A stretch of 64,000 nt of DNA from Promethearchaeota archaeon (GCA_019058365.1 JAHPZE010000003.1:259448-323447); one strand, 5' to 3'; shown: positions 49,775 to 60,515, numbered from the stretch's first letter. Numbers and translations: made by a program. Notes: generated by a model from the sequence alone, not told the origin.

Positions 49775-51193
49775 GTGTTTAAAATGACTGTTCCAGATTT
49801 AAAAACTAAAGATATAAAATTGGAGAAACTAGAAAATTCAAAAGGGGAAAAAGAAATAATTATCCGTGTAAAGAATCTTAAAACATATTATCCTATTTAT
49901 GGTGGTTTACTCAAACGTAAAATTGGTGAAGTTAAAGCTGTCGATGGGGTTACTTTTAATTTTTATAAAAATGAGACTTTAGGCTTGGTAGGTGAGAGTG
50001 GGTGTGGTAAAACAACAATTGGAAACACAATTTTAAATTTAGTTCCTAATACTGATGGAGAAATCTATTTTCAAAACAGAAGGATTGATCAAAACAGATT
50101 GCAAGGAGTATCTGAAACAATAGCTCAAAGATTCAGAAATTTTTATATCAGGGTTTTCCCAATCATTTCTATGAAATATAGAAAAAAAATCGATTTATGG
50201 ATGACTAAACTCCCATCTATTAAGACCTTTAGATTCATAATCAGTCTAATTTTTTCTTTTTCGACAAGTTTTGGTATAGCTTTTATTGCAGGCGTTTTCG
50301 GAGTGATACCAGCTATCTTGGCGGGTCTTAGCTTTTTATCTATTCTAGGTTTAGCTCTAACTATCTTATCGCCAGATATTTCTTATGACAAAGCAAAAAT
50401 GTTAGCTAAACAAATTCAAAAAGATTTACTGATTGATAAATTTATTCGAAAAAGAATTCAAATGGTATTTCAAGATCCAGATGCTTCTTTAAACCCACGT
50501 TGGAAAGTGGTAAATATTATAGGTGAACCACTAAGAATCTTAGAAGGTATGACAAAAAGAAATAGGATTAGAAAAAGAGTATTAGAACTACTTGAAATAG
50601 TTTCAATGAAACAAGAACACTTAGATCGATATCCACATGAGTTTTCTGGGGGGCAAAAACAAAGAATCGTGATTGCTAGGGCATTAGCATGTAATCCTCA
50701 AGTAATCGTTTTAGATGAACCTACATCAGCCCTCGATGTTTCAGTACAAGCTCAAATTTTAAATTTATTAAAAGACCTTCAGAAACAATTCAAGTTATCA
50801 TTTCTATTCATAACTCATGATCTTAGTGTAGTACAACATATAGCTGATAGAATAGTCGTAATGTATCTTGGTAAATTTGTCGAGACAGGAACTATTGAGG
50901 AGGTTTTTTACAATCCTTCACATCCATACACTGTAGCTTTATTATCAGCAAGACCCACATTCGATCCCAGTTCAAAAACTAATAGAATTATATTAGAAGG
51001 TGATGTTCCTAGCCCTATAAATCCACCTGAAGGCTGTCCATTTCACCCTAGATGTCCCGATAAAGATAAGCATATAGGTTGTGGTGTAGAAACCCCTAGG
51101 AAAATTCATTTGGGTGGAGATCATTATATTGTATGTTTACCCTTTAAGAAGGAAAGTAAATCCTATGAAGGAATGCAATACATTTCCGATTAA
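49775..51193 (+). CDS. dppF: Oligopeptide ABC ATPase DppF/OppF with internal hydrophobic hairpin
   Basis: GESGCGKT, MVFQDP, FSGGQKQR, LDEPTSALD, GCPFHPRC. Confidence 0.9.
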   Translation: MFKMTVPDLKTKDIKLEKLENSKGEKEIIIRVKNLKTYYPIYGGLLKRKIGEVKAVDGVTFNFYKNETLGLVGESGCGKTTIGNTILNLVPNTDGEIYFQNRRIDQNRLQGVSETIAQRFRNFYIRVFPIISMKYRKKIDLWMTKLPSIKTFRFIISLIFSFSTSFGIAFIAGVFGVIPAILAGLSFLSILGLALTILSPDISYDKAKMLAKQIQKDLLIDKFIRKRIQMVFQDPDASLNPRWKVVNIIGEPLRILEGMTKRNRIRKRVLELLEIVSMKQEHLDRYPHEFSGGQKQRIVIARALACNPQVIVLDEPTSALDVSVQAQILNLLKDLQKQFKLSFLFITHDLSVVQHIADRIVVMYLGKFVETGTIEEVFYNPSHPYTVALLSARPTFDPSSKTNRIILEGDVPSPINPPEGCPFHPRCPDKDKHIGCGVETPRKIHLGGDHYIVCLPFKKESKSYEGMQYISD

Positions 51194-51329
51194 TTTTTAT
51201 ATTTCTAATCAATTTAATATTTTTAATATTCTTATTCTTACTTTATTTTTCAATTATTCTTTATAATTAAAGTTATAGATCGATTAAAATTTAGAAATAA
51301 AGTTAAATGATTCTTTTTTTTTTCACCTA

Positions 51330-52502
51330 ATGAACCTAAAAAAATCTCAAGTATTTATTGTTAAAACTTCGTCTAAAACAGTCTTGGATGATTACAAAAA
51401 TTTAATGCACCTTACGAATTATGAAAAATACTATAATAAAAATGAAAATATAATAATAAAATTAAATTTAAGTTGGTCTAAATTCTTTCCCGCATGTTCT
51501 AGCCCACCATGGCAAGTAGAAGGGTTATTGAAAACAATGATGGAAGATGGGTACAATCCAAAGAAAATATTCTCCGCTGAAAATAGAACGGTAGTAACAA
51601 ATATAGAAAAAGGATTAAAGGGAAACAAATGGGGCCCAATTTTCGATAAATATGGCGTTTGGTTTGTTCCTTTAACTCGAATCCCATTTGTACCTTACGA
51701 ATCTCTAAGGTCCAAATTTCTTACACTTAAAAATAAAAGTTTACATGCTTTAGATTCAAAAATTTTTCCCGAAGGTTTTCTTATTCCGAAGTTTTATGTT
51801 GGCAAATCAATAATACATCTCCCAACTATGAAAACTCATGGTCATACCGGAGCTATTGGTGGGGCTTTGAAACAAACAAGTGGAGAAATGAAACAAGGGG
51901 GTATAACTTGCGCAATGAAGAATGCTTTTGGAGGGCTTTTAACAAAAAGAAGACATTTCTCACATCAATATATGTCTGAAGTATTAGTAGATTTACTTAT
52001 CATCCAAAAACAAATCCATCCAAATATATTAGCTGTTGTAGATGGGACTGTCTGTGGTGATGGTGCAGGACCCAGAACAATGATACCCCGGATTAAGAAT
52101 ATGATTCTAGCGGGGTATGATCAAGTTGCTGTTGATACAATTGTTGCTAAAATGATGGGATTTGAACCTTTAGAATTACCAGCAATAAGAATGGCTCATG
52201 AAGAAGGTTTAGGATGTGGAGATATCAAGCAAATTGAAATTATTGGAGAAGATATCTCCAAGTTAAATTGGAATTTTAAGGTTAAACGGAGTATAGTCAT
52301 TTGGGGAGATCAAATGGTAAGAAAAGGACCATTGCAATTTCTATATCCTCTTTTTAAAAGTGAGCTCTTCTTTCTAGGACCTACATATGCCTCTATGATT
52401 TTTCATGATATGTTATGGTATCCTACTATTGGAAAACGAAGAGTAAGGAAATTTTTTCAATCTGAATGGGGTAAAATGTTTATGAATTATCCTAAGAAAT
52501 AA
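51330..52502 (+). CDS. DUF362 domain protein
   Basis: IIKLNL, LPTMKTH, AMKNAFG, AVVDG...GDGAGP, DQVAVD. Confidence 0.8.
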   Translation: MNLKKSQVFIVKTSSKTVLDDYKNLMHLTNYEKYYNKNENIIIKLNLSWSKFFPACSSPPWQVEGLLKTMMEDGYNPKKIFSAENRTVVTNIEKGLKGNKWGPIFDKYGVWFVPLTRIPFVPYESLRSKFLTLKNKSLHALDSKIFPEGFLIPKFYVGKSIIHLPTMKTHGHTGAIGGALKQTSGEMKQGGITCAMKNAFGGLLTKRRHFSHQYMSEVLVDLLIIQKQIHPNILAVVDGTVCGDGAGPRTMIPRIKNMILAGYDQVAVDTIVAKMMGFEPLELPAIRMAHEEGLGCGDIKQIEIIGEDISKLNWNFKVKRSIVIWGDQMVRKGPLQFLYPLFKSELFFLGPTYASMIFHDMLWYPTIGKRRVRKFFQSEWGKMFMNYPKK

Positions 52503-52608
52503 TAATAGTTCTAACAATAATCAAATAAGTTAAAAGTCAAACATTATCTTTACTAAATTTTTTTAATCATCTTAAAATAATTTTAATCGAATTAAAATTT
52601 ATCAGGTT

Positions 52609-53724
52609 TTACAACAGCATCTTTTTATTCATAATTTTTTTAGTTATTTCTGATGCTAATCGACCAATTTGGATCTTTAAAGAAAAAATAGAACCCCATC
52701 TATTATATAATAACCTCAAAAGTAGTCCATATAATATAACTGTTATTAGAATAAAGAACCATAGATTAAACCAATGCAGAGATTGATAAAAAAAGAAATA
52801 GTTAATATTTTGTAATAAAAAGACTGTTAGGGAATAATAAGAAAAATAATATAAGAATCTATAACTCTTTTTTGGTTTAAAAAACTCGTAAACATCAATG
52901 GATATGAATATAGATATTAGTATCAATTCAATCCCTAATGAATACATTAACCACCATATATTTGATTTTGCTGACAAAATTTCTTCCGTAAATAAAATAG
53001 GTAACAAAAAATAAAATCCAATTGTAATAAGAATAGAGCCAACTAACAACGAGGGGTATAATAACTTATATTTTAATGTTTTCCTCTTCTCTAAATCATT
53101 TTCAATAAGAGAGAAATCATAGATTATATCCCCTATAACAGTTCCTATTATAAATATCGTGAAAAATGAAAGTATAATGTTTTGGTCTATAGGATTATAT
53201 AAGATATGATATAAAATTCCATATAAGTTAAAATGTCCTCTATAAGGCATTAACAGAAATAATAATATTTGATTAATTATCCAAATTAATGCTCCAAATA
53301 ATATTCTAAATAGTTTAGATGTTTTTAGAAGTGGCCATCCCATTAGAATACACATACCAAGAGTTAATAAAATGAACCATCCCCAAATTTCTAAAGGATT
53401 CATGTACATAATTGCCACAAATATATTATATATTAAACCAAGAATTACAATAAATACAGCTCTAAATAAATATTCATATTTAACTTGAGTAAAACTATAA
53501 TTTTCATTTTTATGTAACTTTATGAGTCGATTTCGATAAGAGATCATAGTACTTATTCCGGATATAAAAGTAAATCCAACAGCTCCTAATGTGGAAAGAA
53601 TGGATACGTAACTGATTAAAATCCATTTTTCTCCAGGAACAGGCCACCATGTAACCATATGGCCCACTAGCATATATACCATAGCTAATCCCCGAAACAT
53701 ATCGAGACTTTTTAATCGTTTCAT
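52609..53724 (-). CDS. DUF1624 / heparan-alpha-glucosaminide N-acetyltransferase-like membrane protein
   Basis: RLKSLDMFRGLAM..M..GH, FTFISGIS, YSLTVF; many TM helices. Confidence 0.75.
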   Translation of the reverse strand: MKRLKSLDMFRGLAMVYMLVGHMVTWWPVPGEKWILISYVSILSTLGAVGFTFISGISTMISYRNRLIKLHKNENYSFTQVKYEYLFRAVFIVILGLIYNIFVAIMYMNPLEIWGWFILLTLGMCILMGWPLLKTSKLFRILFGALIWIINQILLFLLMPYRGHFNLYGILYHILYNPIDQNIILSFFTIFIIGTVIGDIIYDFSLIENDLEKRKTLKYKLLYPSLLVGSILITIGFYFLLPILFTEEILSAKSNIWWLMYSLGIELILISIFISIDVYEFFKPKKSYRFLYYFSYYSLTVFLLQNINYFFFYQSLHWFNLWFFILITVILYGLLLRLLYNRWGSIFSLKIQIGRLASEITKKIMNKKMLL

Positions 53725-53868
53725 ATATATCTAGAGGAACTAAGAGTAAATAAGATAATTCTTGAGATATATACCAGAATTAATAAGAACTTTTATCTAT
53801 TTCTAATTTTATTGTGTTTAAATGACTTAAAAGAAGATTTCAGTTCTAAGTTATTGAACAAAAATATA

Positions 53869-54723
53869 TTAGATTAACTCTTGATCTTGGTGTAAAATTT
53901 CTAAAGCTCTACTTAGAGAAAATTCTCCATTTAACACATTTTCTACTAATTTTTTCACACTTAGGGTCAAATCATAACAATTATTCGAAGTTTCTTTCAT
54001 AAATGTTTTGGTTTTCAGTTTTTTTGTTTTTATCTGGTTAAATATTTTTATATAATTATTATGATTAACTTCGATTCCGTTCCTTAAGGCTAGAATTAAG
54101 GCTGAAGCTTCATCTTTAGGAATTTTCTTCCCCTTTTCATTGCATATTTTAATTTTTGAAGATTTAGACTCATCAATTAAAAATATATGTATATTATCTC
54201 TATTATAAAAAATACTAAAAATTTGAGAAACCAAATGGTGTGTAAGTGGAAGAACTCCTCTTCCAAACTTGAAATTCAGTTTTAAGCTACTCTTATCTTT
54301 AGTTTGTAAATATTCATCATAATCTTTGAGTTTTTTGATTAAGTCATTTTTGTTATAGATAGTATGAGAGATTAAAAAATAATCATCTAAGAAAACTACT
54401 AATCCTATATGTTTAGTCCCAGGATCAATTGAAAATGTTAATTCTGAATAACTATCTTTATAACCAATTTTAAATGCTGCAATTAATTTAATCAGAAATT
54501 TTTCAAACTTTTCTTTCTTATCATAGGCAAGAAATTCAGTATTGAGATTATTCAGATTATATTTTACCAATTCCTCACGTGTAGTTAATAGTAAAGCATT
54601 AAACTCGGGAATTTTATTTCCAATATTTAGAATTTTAAATGAAATATTTCGGTGATTTAATTCCTTATTTAACTGAAAAAAAAAAGATAAATCCTCTGTT
54701 AAAACATAAATTTTTTTTTTCAA
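53869..54723 (-). CDS. RNase H-fold (YqgF/RuvX-like) domain protein
   Basis: SIDPGTKHIGLVV, IDESKSS, DEASALILA. Confidence 0.6.
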   Translation of the reverse strand: MKKKIYVLTEDLSFFFQLNKELNHRNISFKILNIGNKIPEFNALLLTTREELVKYNLNNLNTEFLAYDKKEKFEKFLIKLIAAFKIGYKDSYSELTFSIDPGTKHIGLVVFLDDYFLISHTIYNKNDLIKKLKDYDEYLQTKDKSSLKLNFKFGRGVLPLTHHLVSQIFSIFYNRDNIHIFLIDESKSSKIKICNEKGKKIPKDEASALILALRNGIEVNHNNYIKIFNQIKTKKLKTKTFMKETSNNCYDLTLSVKKLVENVLNGEFSLSRALEILHQDQELI

Positions 54724-54766
54724 GTTGTAAATATTAATTAAATATAAATTAAAAATATTAAATCAA

Positions 54767-55456
54767 ATGAAATTTCCGACATTAAAATTAAATGCAATTA
54801 TAAGAAAAATAAATACTGTTAAAGGTATTTTTTCTATTTGGGGTGATTTTGGTGTTGGAAAAACTACTTTTGCATTACAAACAGCCATAAATACTGTGAA
54901 AAATAATGAAAACGCCATTTATATTTATACAAAACCTAATTTACCTTATGAAAAACTTATATCTTTATCTAAAGGTTCAGAAGAAGTTCTTGATAGAATT
55001 ATAATTATTAAACCCATGAATTTTAATGATTTATATAATATTATTTTTAATTTAGAATTTTTAATTTTAAAGAAATTAGAAAATAATGAAGATAAATTAA
55101 AATTAATAATTATTGATTCAATTACTAATTTATATCGATTAGAATTAAACCAAGAGAATAAAGAAAAGAATTATGCCCTTAATTATAAATTACATCAAAT
55201 ATTAGCTAGTCTAACTTATTTAAATGAAATATATAACATTGAAATTTTAATAGTTAATGAATTAAGTAGAAAAAACTATAATGAACAATTTATCGAGGTC
55301 CAAAGTGGTGGAAAAGCTATGGAATTTTGGGTAAATTTTAATTTAAAAATTACCAAGACTAAAACTCTAAATCAAAGAAAATTTATATTTAACAATATAC
55401 CTGAAAACCGATCATATGAATTCACTTTAAATTTGAGAGAAGAAGGATTTGAATAA
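54767..55456 (+). CDS. radB: RadB-like RecA-family ATPase
   Basis: GDFGVGKT, LIIIDSITNLYR, GGKAMEFW; no N-terminal HhH domain. Confidence 0.7.
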   Translation: MKFPTLKLNAIIRKINTVKGIFSIWGDFGVGKTTFALQTAINTVKNNENAIYIYTKPNLPYEKLISLSKGSEEVLDRIIIIKPMNFNDLYNIIFNLEFLILKKLENNEDKLKLIIIDSITNLYRLELNQENKEKNYALNYKLHQILASLTYLNEIYNIEILIVNELSRKNYNEQFIEVQSGGKAMEFWVNFNLKITKTKTLNQRKFIFNNIPENRSYEFTLNLREEGFE

Positions 55457-55505
55457 TGGTTGCTAGAATACTTTAGTTATATCTGAATTAGATATTTGAA
55501 ATAGA

Positions 55506-56720
55506 ATGATGAAAAAAAAAGCTTTAACTTTAATTAAGGAAGGATTAACAGAATTTTACATTCATACTATTGATAACGGATCAATCCCTTCGAAAGCAAT
55601 GAATGTTTTTTATAACAAGAGAATGGAGATAAATCGTGATATTTCAACATTAGCTATTAATGCATATAGGGATTTATTTAAAAAAGACGAGTTAATAATT
55701 GTAGATTCTATGGCGGCATCTGGTTTAAGTGCTATTAGAATTTTAAAAGAGTGTTCAAAAATAAAAAAGATTTTTATTAATGATATTAATCCTGAAGCCG
55801 TTAAACTAATTAAGAAAAATATTAGATTAAATAATTTAGAAAAGAATCACAGTCAAATTGAAGTAACAAACAAGGACGCAAATTTACTTTTTTCTGAAAT
55901 TGCAAATAGCTCAGATGAAATACATAAAAAACCAAATGTGATTTCAATTGATCCATTTGGAACACCCAATCTTTATATGGACTCTGCCTTTAAAACAATA
56001 GAAAAGGTAAATGGGTTAATGTGTATTACAGCTACAGATACAGCTGTCTTATTTGGAGTGCGGCCGAAAGCATGTATCAGGAAATATTTGGCAAAACCAC
56101 TCCATACTGAGTATTGCAAAGAAATTGGTGCGCGTATTTTAATATACTTCGTTTCTCGAATCGCAAATATAAATAAAATAGGGATAATTCCCCTTTTAAC
56201 TTTCTATTCTAGCCATTTTATTAGATTTTTATGTCTATCATTTAAAAATAAGAAGAAAATTTCTAGTTTTTTTAAAAAATCCGGTTATATTATACATTGT
56301 AATAATTGTGGTTATCGCTCAGCATTTAGAAATAATATTTTAGTTTTACCTAAAGAATGTCCGATATGCAATAATAAAGGTGTTCTTGATTATGCTGGAC
56401 CATTATGGATTGATAAAATTCATGATGTTGACTTTATTCAAAAGTTACTTATTTTGAATAGAACTCTTAAATCTCCCCATAAAAAAAGAATAGAAAAACT
56501 CTTAACTCTTGCCATTGAAGAAAATAATATGCCTATTTCTTATTATAACGTTCATAAATTATGTCAAAATTTAAAACTTCCTTCTGTTCCGAAAATAGAA
56601 GTTATAATTGATAAAATTAGAGAAATGGGATATCGGTGTTCGAGGACTCATTTTGATTTTTTATCTATAAAAAGTGATTTGGATTTACCTACTATAAAAG
56701 ATATTATGTATAAATTATAA
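55506..56720 (+). CDS. trm1: tRNA (guanine26-N2)-dimethyltransferase
   Basis: VFYN..M..NRD, NDINP, IDPFGTP, TATDTAVL, GPLW, SRTHF. Confidence 0.93.
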   Translation: MMKKKALTLIKEGLTEFYIHTIDNGSIPSKAMNVFYNKRMEINRDISTLAINAYRDLFKKDELIIVDSMAASGLSAIRILKECSKIKKIFINDINPEAVKLIKKNIRLNNLEKNHSQIEVTNKDANLLFSEIANSSDEIHKKPNVISIDPFGTPNLYMDSAFKTIEKVNGLMCITATDTAVLFGVRPKACIRKYLAKPLHTEYCKEIGARILIYFVSRIANINKIGIIPLLTFYSSHFIRFLCLSFKNKKKISSFFKKSGYIIHCNNCGYRSAFRNNILVLPKECPICNNKGVLDYAGPLWIDKIHDVDFIQKLLILNRTLKSPHKKRIEKLLTLAIEENNMPISYYNVHKLCQNLKLPSVPKIEVIIDKIREMGYRCSRTHFDFLSIKSDLDLPTIKDIMYKL

Positions 56721-56740
56721 GAGTAATTATTCGATTTAAA

Positions 56741-57376
56741 ATGGCAAATAAAAGAGAGTTGCATAAACAAGAGCCATTCTACAAGCAAGCAAAAAAAGAA
56801 GGGTACCGTGCAAGATCTGCATATAAACTGTTAGACATTCAAAAAAGATTTAATATCTTTAAAAGAGCTTTTTATATATTAGATTTAGGATCCGCTCCTG
56901 GTTCATGGTTGCAAGTGGCTAAAAAATTTGCAGAAGAAAATTTAGAAAAATATAAAGATCAATTCTATTATCGGGATCATTATAAAATAATTGGTATTGA
57001 TATTAAGAAAGTATCACCAATCGAAAATATTAGCACTATTAAAGCAGATCTTACCACGCTTGAAATCCAAGATCAGATTGATTCTTACTTTCGAGCTAAA
57101 TTAGATCTTATCTTATCAGATGCATCAATTAAAAAGATTGGCAATAAATTTACAGATCACATTAGACAACTAAACCTCTGTTATAACATATTAGGAATCG
57201 TAAAAAACAATCTTAAATATAAAGGTAATGTAGTTATTAAAGCTTTCCAAGGCTCCGATTTCGAAAAATTTGCAAAAGAAATGAAATCGATATTTAGATT
57301 TTTAAAATCTTATAAACCAAAAGCTTCTAAAAAAAAAAGTAATGAAATTTATCTAATTGGGTTACAAAAAAAATGA
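56741..57376 (+). CDS. rlmE: 23S rRNA Um2552 methyltransferase RlmE/FtsJ
   Basis: AKKEGYRARSAYKL, LDLGSAPGSWLQ, ILSD, KAFQG, SNEIY. Confidence 0.93.
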   Translation: MANKRELHKQEPFYKQAKKEGYRARSAYKLLDIQKRFNIFKRAFYILDLGSAPGSWLQVAKKFAEENLEKYKDQFYYRDHYKIIGIDIKKVSPIENISTIKADLTTLEIQDQIDSYFRAKLDLILSDASIKKIGNKFTDHIRQLNLCYNILGIVKNNLKYKGNVVIKAFQGSDFEKFAKEMKSIFRFLKSYKPKASKKKSNEIYLIGLQKK

Positions 57377-57988
57377 TTATATATCCTGCAATCTTGCTTC
57401 AATTTCACTAAAGTTTATACTATATTCTTCTCCTTTTGAAGTTACTTCAATCCATTCAGTTAACCATGGACAATGCTGAGGATTAAACTGGTCTAAATTG
57501 GTTTCATTGCACTTATCTCGAAAAGGACAAATAAAGCATGGTTGTCTAGAAAACATGTTCCAAATGAAATCTTTTCTGTTTAAATTAATTTTAAGATCTT
57601 TTACTATCACATCAATTTCTTCAAGAGCGTAAATATGTTTTGTCCATGAAGCATCAACCAATTCTCGATTCATTTTTATTTTTGACTGCAATACTAATAA
57701 ATCTAAAATTTCTTCTAAGTCATTTCGCTCTTTATTACTAAGTTCCTTAAGTCTGTTAAATAAGATATCTTTTTCCCTGTTTATAATATTGAGAATCAAT
57801 TTTTCATCCTTGCGTAAATTCCGATTAAATTCTTTTTTCTTTTCTTCAATTCTTTCAATTCTTCTCTCAACATTAGATTTTTCTTCTAAAGGACCTTCAA
57901 CACGCTCTTTAATCTTGCATTTATGTCGGGATAAATAAGCAAAACTTTTACCACAATAAGGGCATACTTCCCTTTTTTTTTTTGCCAT
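57377..57988 (-). CDS. TFE-beta / RPC34-like protein (winged helix + Fe-S Cys motif) with N-terminal zinc finger
   Basis: PCFICPFRDKC......FNPQHCPWLTEWI; N-terminal CPYCGKSFAYLSRHKC. Confidence 0.65.
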   Translation of the reverse strand: MAKKKREVCPYCGKSFAYLSRHKCKIKERVEGPLEEKSNVERRIERIEEKKKEFNRNLRKDEKLILNIINREKDILFNRLKELSNKERNDLEEILDLLVLQSKIKMNRELVDASWTKHIYALEEIDVIVKDLKINLNRKDFIWNMFSRQPCFICPFRDKCNETNLDQFNPQHCPWLTEWIEVTSKGEEYSINFSEIEARLQDI

Positions 57989-58178
57989 TTTAATAGTCTT
58001 TTAAAGATATTTTGAAGAAGTTACTTTAATTTCATAAAATTATTAGTACTATGATCTTATCTTTATGAATATTTTAAAAATAAATTTTCGTTTTTCTTCA
58101 GATTTAATATAATTAAGTAGCTTATTTTATATTAATAATTTCGAATTGTGTTTAAATTAAAAAGTACATTCATAAATA

Positions 58179-59009
58179 ATGATAAGTATTAGTGAAGTAT
58201 TAGAAATCGATAAGCATCAAATTGTTAGAACAAAAGAAATTCTAAAGGATTATCAATTTTTGAAAAAATTACAATATAATATACCTTCAGGAGCCAAAAA
58301 TTTTGATGAAACTATAGGAGGTGGTTTCTACCAAGGCAAGAAATATTTGATTTTTGGAGCAAACAAAACTGGTAAGACTCAATTATGTCATCAATTATCT
58401 GTTCAAACATATTTTCAATCATCTCGTTTAAATGAAAGATCTCAAATAATAAATAAACATCTTATATTTTATTTTGATACAGAAAATACATTCCGCCCAG
58501 AACGGTTAAAGGAATTCATAATATCGCAAAATGTTGATTATAACAAATTACTTAAAAATATTTTTGTGTCTAAAATTATGAGTAATTCGGCTCTCTTATT
58601 ATCATTGCAGAAATTAGAGAGCCTTCTGAAAAGAGATAATGTTAATGTACTAATTATCGATACTATAAATAACCATTTCAATTCTGAAATTGCAAACACA
58701 AAAATTTCTACTAATAGAACTAAAGATATATTTATCAAGATTTTAACTACAATTAATGAACTTACTATCAAGTTTAATTTAATCACTATAGCAACTGCAC
58801 AAGTAACTTCTAATTTAATTAAAGATACTTCGATAAAAGTGTTCCCCGTTGGTAACCACTTGTTAAATCATTTCTTTTCAGAATATGTGTATTTAGATTA
58901 TAAAGAACATAATCAACGATATGTTCAATTAGTAAATTCTATGAGTCTTCCTGAAAAAAGATTACTATACAAAATAACTTCTTCGGGAATCCAAGATTAC
59001 AAAATTTAA
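58179..59009 (+). CDS. RadA/Rad51 paralog
   Basis: FDETIGGG, GANKTGKTQLCHQL, DTENTFRPERL, LIIDT. Confidence 0.82.
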   Translation: MISISEVLEIDKHQIVRTKEILKDYQFLKKLQYNIPSGAKNFDETIGGGFYQGKKYLIFGANKTGKTQLCHQLSVQTYFQSSRLNERSQIINKHLIFYFDTENTFRPERLKEFIISQNVDYNKLLKNIFVSKIMSNSALLLSLQKLESLLKRDNVNVLIIDTINNHFNSEIANTKISTNRTKDIFIKILTTINELTIKFNLITIATAQVTSNLIKDTSIKVFPVGNHLLNHFFSEYVYLDYKEHNQRYVQLVNSMSLPEKRLLYKITSSGIQDYKI

Positions 59010-59019
59010 TTTTATAATA

Positions 59020-59847
59020 TTAAAAATTTAAGAATTCCTCTATTGAGAGATTTACAAAATCTTTAGATATATACTCAGAATTAACAAAAAATATTTTGTT
59101 TTTGATCTTTTTATTTAGCCATTTTATTAATTTCATGGCATATAGAAGTTTTTTTTGTTTAATAGCAGTTGCTTCTTGACTTTTATTTACGTCTAATTTA
59201 GAATACTTCCCAATGATACTTCCAAAATCCATTCCTATAAGAAATAAGTTATGAAATGATAATAATAAAGGACGTAAAAAAAAGAGTATTCGATCTCCAT
59301 CTGTAAATCCACCCGGATTTATTATATTTGTAACTGGTTCTACTTGGGTCGTTCCTATAATGTTTTGGCATAATAGGATTTCATTCTCAAAAAATTTTAA
59401 TCTCTCGATATTGTCGCCATGAGCATGAACTATATTAAAATTTGCATATTCAAATTCATATTTAGTAATTCCGTCTAAATCTGTGAAGTTTGCATCAACG
59501 GTAATACCTTTTTCTCTTAATAAAATTGAGGCTCCGTCTGCAGTTAAATTAATGAAATTTTCAAAAAAACTAATTCCCTTTTGCTTCCAAATTACATCTA
59601 CAGTTTTTTCCAACGATGGACCGCATCCATATACTAGAAGTGCTGGTTTTGATAAAATCCTATCTTTAAATAAATTTAAAACATTATCCAAATTCCATTT
59701 TTGATTTTTATTAAAGAAAATTCGGGAAAGATAATCACGAGCTTCGCAATCCTTTTGAAGATCAAAATTAAAATCCTCTTTTATTTGAATATACCAATGT
59801 TTAAATTCAGTATAGAAATTTAGTTGATCTTTTAACTTAGAATCCAT
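59020..59847 (-). CDS. mptE: 6-hydroxymethyl-7,8-dihydropterin pyrophosphokinase MptE
   Basis: GCGPSL, ADGA, TDLDG, VHAHGDN, GGFTDGDR, GMDFG. Confidence 0.88.
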   Translation of the reverse strand: MDSKLKDQLNFYTEFKHWYIQIKEDFNFDLQKDCEARDYLSRIFFNKNQKWNLDNVLNLFKDRILSKPALLVYGCGPSLEKTVDVIWKQKGISFFENFINLTADGASILLREKGITVDANFTDLDGITKYEFEYANFNIVHAHGDNIERLKFFENEILLCQNIIGTTQVEPVTNIINPGGFTDGDRILFFLRPLLLSFHNLFLIGMDFGSIIGKYSKLDVNKSQEATAIKQKKLLYAMKLIKWLNKKIKNKIFFVNSEYISKDFVNLSIEEFLNF

Positions 59848-59976
59848 ATTTTTAAAATTATTTAATTGAAAAAATCAATAATAAAATTTTAAATTATTCC
59901 CTTAATTAATTAAAACATACTATTTAATTCAATATTATTAAAATTCATAAATTTTTTAAAAAGGAGTTAGATAAAA

Positions 59977-60369
59977 ATGGCTAAATGGTTTACTAAAACA
60001 CATCAATGGTTTGATGATTCAACAAAAATGGTTGGAATTTCACCATACGCAGCAGAGCAGCTTGGAGAAATTAGCTTTGTTGATGTAGAAGGACTTGAAG
60101 GCGCTGAACTTGAACAAGTCAAAATGGACGGTGATGAACCTTCAAGTGATCCAATTGATTGCACAGTTGAATCAAGTAAAGCTGTTGGTGATATTTATTC
60201 ACCTGTGAGTGGTACTGTCATTGAGGTTAATTCAGATTTGATGGACGAGCCAGAAAAAATTAATGAAGATGCTTACTCTGCATGGTTATTTAAAATAGAG
60301 CCATCAAATTGGAATGCTGAAAAAGGGAACTTACTAGACGAAGGAGCATATAAAAGTTTTGCACAATAA
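59977..60369 (+). CDS. gcvH: Glycine cleavage system H protein / lipoyl carrier
   Basis: [24 protein letters not shown] with lipoyl Lys, SPVSG.VIEVN, WLFK. Confidence 0.9.
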   Translation: MAKWFTKTHQWFDDSTKMVGISPYAAEQLGEISFVDVEGLEGAELEQVKMDGDEPSSDPIDCTVESSKAVGDIYSPVSGTVIEVNSDLMDEPEKINEDAYSAWLFKIEPSNWNAEKGNLLDEGAYKSFAQ

Positions 60370-60515
60370 CCAAAAACACTTTTAATTCTTATTTTTTTAA
60401 ATTACTTTTTTCTTTTTTTTTATTAATTGGTATATCAATGAAGAATTTTGTTAAATTGTATTGGGTCTATTTGAATTGAATATCAATTTAATTAAAATCA
60501 TCAAAATTTTAGGAT

